Part shown: piece after piece, positions 59,545 to 64,000 of the stretch
How positions within the stretch are numbered: the first letter of the stretch is position 1
Layout: each line of letters opens with the position of its first letter
IMG/VR virus record: IMGVR_UViG_3300027808_002535
Location: 10,912 to 74,911 of that record
DNA: 64,000 bases
Source: a virus
Taxonomy: Duplodnaviria > Caudoviricetes
Direction: 5' to 3' (one strand)
The notes under the pieces: model-generated
Told to the model about the DNA's origin: nothing
Database searches by the model: none
What the model saw: the letters and a program-made list of their open reading frames with translations, nothing else
Position numbers and translations under genes: made by a program

Positions 59545-60297
59545 TTATTCATCTATTGTTCTGATATTTTCTAAAGGATCTAATTTATGTTTTTTAATGT
59601 TTGTATAATAGCCATCTTTGTAAACAAATCCGTTTACGTCTTCTTTAGTGGCTCTGGTCAAAGGATTGGCAACAGGCTTGGCTTTTCCTATACATACTGC
59701 GTAACCTGGTGCCATATGGTGTTTATTTGCCATTTCGTCAGTAATTCCAAATTCATTATATATAGAATGCAAATGGGCTTTCAATTCAGGTGTTTCCATG
59801 ACGTTCCTAACACCTCTAGTACAACCATTGAATCCAACATCCAATCCAAGCAGATATGCTTGTTGGGCTAGAAATGCCATGTTCATTCCTATGTTAATAT
59901 TTCTTATGTATCTATCCCCCAAATCAGGTTCTTTTAAAAAAGTTCCATCTGCATCTAAATGACTGAGATGATTGACGATAGGAAGAGAGGCGTTCGCTTC
60001 TAAATATATTACTACAGCAGGTGCTGTCGATATACCTAGTTGATATTCTGTTGGCATTATTTTACCCAACGACTCGCTGTATTTAGACACCATAAAAAAT
60101 ATATTGTCCTGCAACCATTCTTTATGTTCCTGCTTTTCAACAAGGATTGGTATAAAATTTCTATTTGAGTTCTGCGCTGGCGCATAATTCACTGCATCGA
60201 TTAGCATTTGTCGTTGTTCTTTTGTTAGTTTTTGATCTGTAAAAACTTTCGATGTGCGTCTTGTTTTTAAAAACTCATTATATTCAATTGGTGTCAT
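59545..60297 (-). CDS. Nitroreductase-family flavoprotein
   Basis: RRTSKVF, AVNYAPAQNSNRN, AYLLGLDVGF, IGK. Confidence 0.8.
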   Translation of the reverse strand: MTPIEYNEFLKTRRTSKVFTDQKLTKEQRQMLIDAVNYAPAQNSNRNFIPILVEKQEHKEWLQDNIFFMVSKYSESLGKIMPTEYQLGISTAPAVVIYLEANASLPIVNHLSHLDADGTFLKEPDLGDRYIRNINIGMNMAFLAQQAYLLGLDVGFNGCTRGVRNVMETPELKAHLHSIYNEFGITDEMANKHHMAPGYAVCIGKAKPVANPLTRATKEDVNGFVYKDGYYTNIKKHKLDPLENIRTIDE

Positions 60298-60307
60298 GAT
60301 TTTTCCT

Positions 60308-61483
60308 TTATTTAAATTGTTCACTGAATGCATCATACTTAGTACCGCATGTCTTAGCACATACTGCCAGCTTGCCTTCTGCACAGCTAGGTTTATTCCA
60401 GCTATTAGGTATTGTTTCTTGCATATATTTACCATTGATAACATCATTTAAGTTGTGTAATCGCAGATCTAAACCGTCTAACCCAACCTCGTCAATTGCG
60501 TCCCATATCTGTCCGCCACGTTCTTTCCAGTACCAAACATACATTTGTCCCGCGGTCCAGCAACATGGTTGTAAATATCCTTCTGCTGTGATGTAAATAC
60601 TTTTCTCTTCTGCAACTTTACATTTAACTTCCACACTGTCCCAGTACTTTTCCATGTCTTTTTTCTTATCGGGATCTAAGTTAAACTTTTGAGCACTTAT
60701 CTTACCTTCTAGCTCGGCAACAGTTGATATGAAATCCATTTTAATTTTGCCTTTGTCTTTGCTTAGGCTTTCTAATTGTTTTAGTGCGGCATTTTGATAT
60801 TCTGGGTTAGTCGGCATACTTAACATTTGAGTAGTACTGCCTTTACGGTTGCCTGCTTGGTGATCCGCTTTTACTGCGCCGCGAGTATTGCTAAAGAATC
60901 TATTGGACTTTTTAACATTAAACTTTTCAAAGCCCATACTTTCAGCTAATGCTCTAGCTTCTTCTACTTGATGTTCATTGTGTCCAAACACAATGAAGTC
61001 CCAACGTGCTCGGCCTCCAGCTTGTATAAAAGCTCGAGCATTTTCCATGATCTTTTTCCATACAGTGCCTTGACGGTACAAATGATTGGTATCCTCTAAA
61101 CCGTCTACACTGAATACAACATAGTGACTTTTACCCATGGCTGCTGGCAACTTGCTCCACCATTCAGGAGTCTTAGCACTGGCATTTGTATGAAAGCTCA
61201 GTTGCATTTTAGCATTGTGACTGCGAATGTATTCAAATATTTCCAAGGTATCGCTGGCGCTAATGGGATCGCCATAGTTGCCGCACATGTATAATCGTTT
61301 CAATTGCTTGATAAATTCAGGCTTGAGAATCGTTCGGACATCATCTAAACTTAATTCAGCATTGTGTAACTGAGGATTTACTTCGCCTCCGTTGATGTTA
61401 CGGGCACACTGGGGACAGCTGGCATTACAGCGTTCAGTGACTTCTAAATGAACGGTGGTAATTTCATCAGCTTTATACATCAT
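60308..61483 (-). CDS. Radical SAM protein with C-terminal SPASM/twitch domain
   Basis: CNASCPQC, YGDPI; KC...GYLQPCCW...CAKTC. Confidence 0.9.
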   Translation of the reverse strand: MMYKADEITTVHLEVTERCNASCPQCARNINGGEVNPQLHNAELSLDDVRTILKPEFIKQLKRLYMCGNYGDPISASDTLEIFEYIRSHNAKMQLSFHTNASAKTPEWWSKLPAAMGKSHYVVFSVDGLEDTNHLYRQGTVWKKIMENARAFIQAGGRARWDFIVFGHNEHQVEEARALAESMGFEKFNVKKSNRFFSNTRGAVKADHQAGNRKGSTTQMLSMPTNPEYQNAALKQLESLSKDKGKIKMDFISTVAELEGKISAQKFNLDPDKKKDMEKYWDSVEVKCKVAEEKSIYITAEGYLQPCCWTAGQMYVWYWKERGGQIWDAIDEVGLDGLDLRLHNLNDVINGKYMQETIPNSWNKPSCAEGKLAVCAKTCGTKYDAFSEQFK

Positions 61484-62334
61484 TTAACTCCGTATAACAT
61501 ATAGCGTTTGTAACTAGGGAGAACAGTTTCTCCCCTAAAATACAATGTAGTTACTGGATATTTTTTTAAAAACACACCAAAGTCTTGACAGTAATTTATG
61601 TGTTGATAATCCGGACTGCTGTTAGATTGTAATAATACTGTGGTACCTGGCTTTAACTTTTCGAACCAAGTATTATCCATGTGTTCTGCACTAGTGTTAA
61701 TAACTAAGTCTGGATTAATTATACTGTCATTAAAGATGATATCGTTGTTTACATCAAAACAATGTTCCATATTTTTATTACAGATAAATGCATTTGGATT
61801 CATAATATTAATCAAAGGATTCATACTGGCATCTGGATCGATACTATACAAATGTTTATAATTTATGTCTTTTAAGAATAGGCTATGATGAGTCAGCCAG
61901 CCGCCGATTAACAAAATATTGTTAAATGACGTATTGTGTTTACTCAGTGTTTCTGCCATCCATAATTTGCTGAGTATTTGACTTTTACTAAAAATAGTTG
62001 CAAGTATACTGTCATTTAACAATGTTATTTTATGTAACTTTTGAAGTACAGAATCATTGGGCCATATTGAATTCATAATATAAATCAATTCTTTGGTAAC
62101 CAATTTATCTTCAGCACAGATGTTTGCATAAAAATTTAAACGATCACTTCTATATGATTCAGGATATAGCTCATAGTCCGAAGAAATTAAATCTTTCAAT
62201 GGCCATGGTTTAGAATTAGCTTCGGAATATTTCATATTGATAATATTCCTGATAAATTTCTTTTTTTCGTATTCATTGATAAAGTTAAAAAACTTTTCAA
62301 TGCCAAATAACCATGTTAAATTATCATTATCCAT
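61480..62334 (-). CDS. Putative SAM-dependent methyltransferase
   Basis: ILLIGGW, SIDPD and DLVINTSAEHM give a class I-like pattern. Confidence 0.55.
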   Translation of the reverse strand: MDNDNLTWLFGIEKFFNFINEYEKKKFIRNIINMKYSEANSKPWPLKDLISSDYELYPESYRSDRLNFYANICAEDKLVTKELIYIMNSIWPNDSVLQKLHKITLLNDSILATIFSKSQILSKLWMAETLSKHNTSFNNILLIGGWLTHHSLFLKDINYKHLYSIDPDASMNPLINIMNPNAFICNKNMEHCFDVNNDIIFNDSIINPDLVINTSAEHMDNTWFEKLKPGTTVLLQSNSSPDYQHINYCQDFGVFLKKYPVTTLYFRGETVLPSYKRYMLYGVK

Positions 62335-63007
62335 TACAGTCAGTCCAGTCTATAAATTTATTTTTTAACCATTTAAAATCATTGACCAGTGTAAAGTCGC
62401 AGTTCTTTGATTTAGCATAAGCAACACCTTGCCGTGCGCCGTGTACAGCAAAATAGCCATGCTCTACTTCAAGGCCAGCTTCGCACCACATTGTCAAACG
62501 TTCCTGGCTTTCTTGGTCATTGTTATTTTTATTAATGCCAGCACTTAGTTTAACTGCTTCACGAAATGCTGTTCTCCAAGTGGCATATGGACTGTAATTA
62601 AATCTGTGTTCCGTGGCAAGAACATTTACTTTAATATAACTATCTGCCAGTGTAGTAGTCATGTCAGGCCGATCTAATCGTTCTGCACTAAAACAATCTT
62701 TACTGAATAGTTTGATTCCGCCGTGCCCGTAAATCAATCCATTGATGGGATTCTTACTGCGAAATACCGCTACACTTTTTGACGTTAGTTCAATATTTTT
62801 ATCAAAGTTAAAACTATCAACTATCCAGGAATCAGCATCCACTACATAAAATCTATCGCTTTCGCACAAACTTGAAATATGTTTGTGACTTTCGAATATA
62901 TTGCCCACGGCTGCAACTGCAACTGCATCTGTAGTCTTGGTCTGTAAACGTTCCCAATTTTCGTTTAGATTTGCTTCATCTGTGTATAAAAAGTAAACTG
63001 GTGTCAT
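62327..63007 (-). CDS. GT-A-like glycosyltransferase
   Basis: YVVDAD DxD motif and NGLIYGHGGIKL; paralogue of the next gene. Confidence 0.6.
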   Translation of the reverse strand: MTPVYFLYTDEANLNENWERLQTKTTDAVAVAAVGNIFESHKHISSLCESDRFYVVDADSWIVDSFNFDKNIELTSKSVAVFRSKNPINGLIYGHGGIKLFSKDCFSAERLDRPDMTTTLADSYIKVNVLATEHRFNYSPYATWRTAFREAVKLSAGINKNNNDQESQERLTMWCEAGLEVEHGYFAVHGARQGVAYAKSKNCDFTLVNDFKWLKNKFIDWTDCNG

Positions 63008-63008
63008 A

Positions 63009-64000
63009 TTAGTATTTAGGTAACTCAAATCCATACAACGGCAATGCACTTTGATTTAATAATGACGGCCATCCCTGTCCTTTTGTGGGACTAAAATGAA
63101 CGTGTTTAAACCAAACGCTTTGATTAGCATCTAATTCGACTAAGGGTAATCCCAGTTTATGTGTCAAGTCTAACATTAGTTTATGACTATGATCATTGAT
63201 AAATTCGCCTTGTCCTAACTTCATAAGTTGTTCATCCCAAAATTTATCAAACCATGCATAGTCTGAAATTACACTATGATCAAAATTTTCGACATATAAC
63301 ATATAAGCCCCTAGTCTTGAGCCGTAGATAACCCAGTCGCCATTTTCAACATCTCGACCCACTGTCATCCATATCATCCAACGTGCAAAGTTTGCAGGGT
63401 ACATTTTATGTTTAAAATCTTCTGGTCTAACTTTAAAACCTTGATCCAGTCCCATTTTAACGCCTTCTCGAAAACCTGCCCTGAATGCTTGCTTAAAACT
63501 TGCATTGTTATGTACAATGCCATATGTGTTATTCATTTGTTTGTATTGTTCAGGATCCCAACAGAAATCTACGTTATGAGTATTATCGCCTTTTCTTGCG
63601 GCTTCATGGCTTTTCATATTATTAACATGTTCCGCATACCATAATTTAACGCCACCGTTGCCGTAGACTAAACCATTGACAATGTTCCTACTGCTCCAGC
63701 TCAATGTTGCATGTTTGATGTCATTGGTAATTTCAATGCTTTTTTTCCATATTTCTGCGTCTACTCTGCAATCTGCATCTACAGTAAAAAAGCGTTTGCT
63801 GCCAGCTTCTTCTGCGGCTTTTTTATGTGCGGCATCAAAGCCTTTTACGCCATGCACACGTTTTACCAATTTGGGATTAGGATGATTGTCTTTTAAAAAA
63901 TTAAAATTTTCATCGGCATTGGGTTCATCAAAACTAAGAAATATAACTGGTATATCTTTTAGTTTTAATATATTATTGTTTTTACTTTCTAAAGAATTTA
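63009..64000 (-). CDS. GT-A-like glycosyltransferase, 5' end beyond the window
   Basis: Frame open to the window edge (IFLSFDEPNADEN); FTVDAD and NGLVYGNGGVKL. Confidence 0.6.
   Translation of the reverse strand, partial: NSLESKNNNILKLKDIPVIFLSFDEPNADENFNFLKDNHPNPKLVKRVHGVKGFDAAHKKAAEEAGSKRFFTVDADCRVDAEIWKKSIEITNDIKHATLSWSSRNIVNGLVYGNGGVKLWYAEHVNNMKSHEAARKGDNTHNVDFCWDPEQYKQMNNTYGIVHNNASFKQAFRAGFREGVKMGLDQGFKVRPEDFKHKMYPANFARWMIWMTVGRDVENGDWVIYGSRLGAYMLYVENFDHSVISDYAWFDKFWDEQLMKLGQGEFINDHSHKLMLDLTHKLGLPLVELDANQSVWFKHVHFSPTKGQGWPSLLNQSALPLYGFELPKY

Noticed and set aside
1-64000. Stop-codon reassignment as seen in some jumbo phages
   Set aside because: Polymerase, ThyX, FolE and RNase H are full-length in the standard code and coding density is high

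Overview
This window looks like part of a large, AT-rich dsDNA jumbo phage genome of the T4-like type, probably infecting a betaproteobacterium (weak inference from the Bug/TctC genes). It reads in the standard genetic code. From left to right: (i) 1-5.6 kb, modular putative head-internal proteins, Dps and a truncated lysozyme; (ii) 5.7-10.2 kb, DsbA-like protein, family B DNA polymerase and sliding clamp; (iii) 10.2-22.2 kb, a 7-deazaguanine pathway (QueD, TGT-fold DpdA, FolE, QueE, no recognisable QueC) interleaved with sugar oxidoreductases, a glycosyltransferase, UDP-glucose dehydrogenase and a PP-loop ATPase; (iv) RNase H and small genes; (v) an inverted island with two TctC/Bug binding proteins and two PP-loop ATPases; (vi) 31.5-36.9 kb, early genes, most behind a near-identical sigma70 promoter, ending in a MoxR/vWA pair; (vii) thyX; (viii) a >23 kb minus-strand, tightly coupled cluster with 12 radical SAM genes (13 domains) plus a hydroxylase, SGNH-like proteins, a nitroreductase, a methyltransferase-like protein and glycosyltransferases, running off the right edge. 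The two strongest candidates for undescribed biology are a possible sugar-decorated deazaguanine DNA modification and the radical SAM supercluster. All calls come from motif recognition by eye; no database searches were run.
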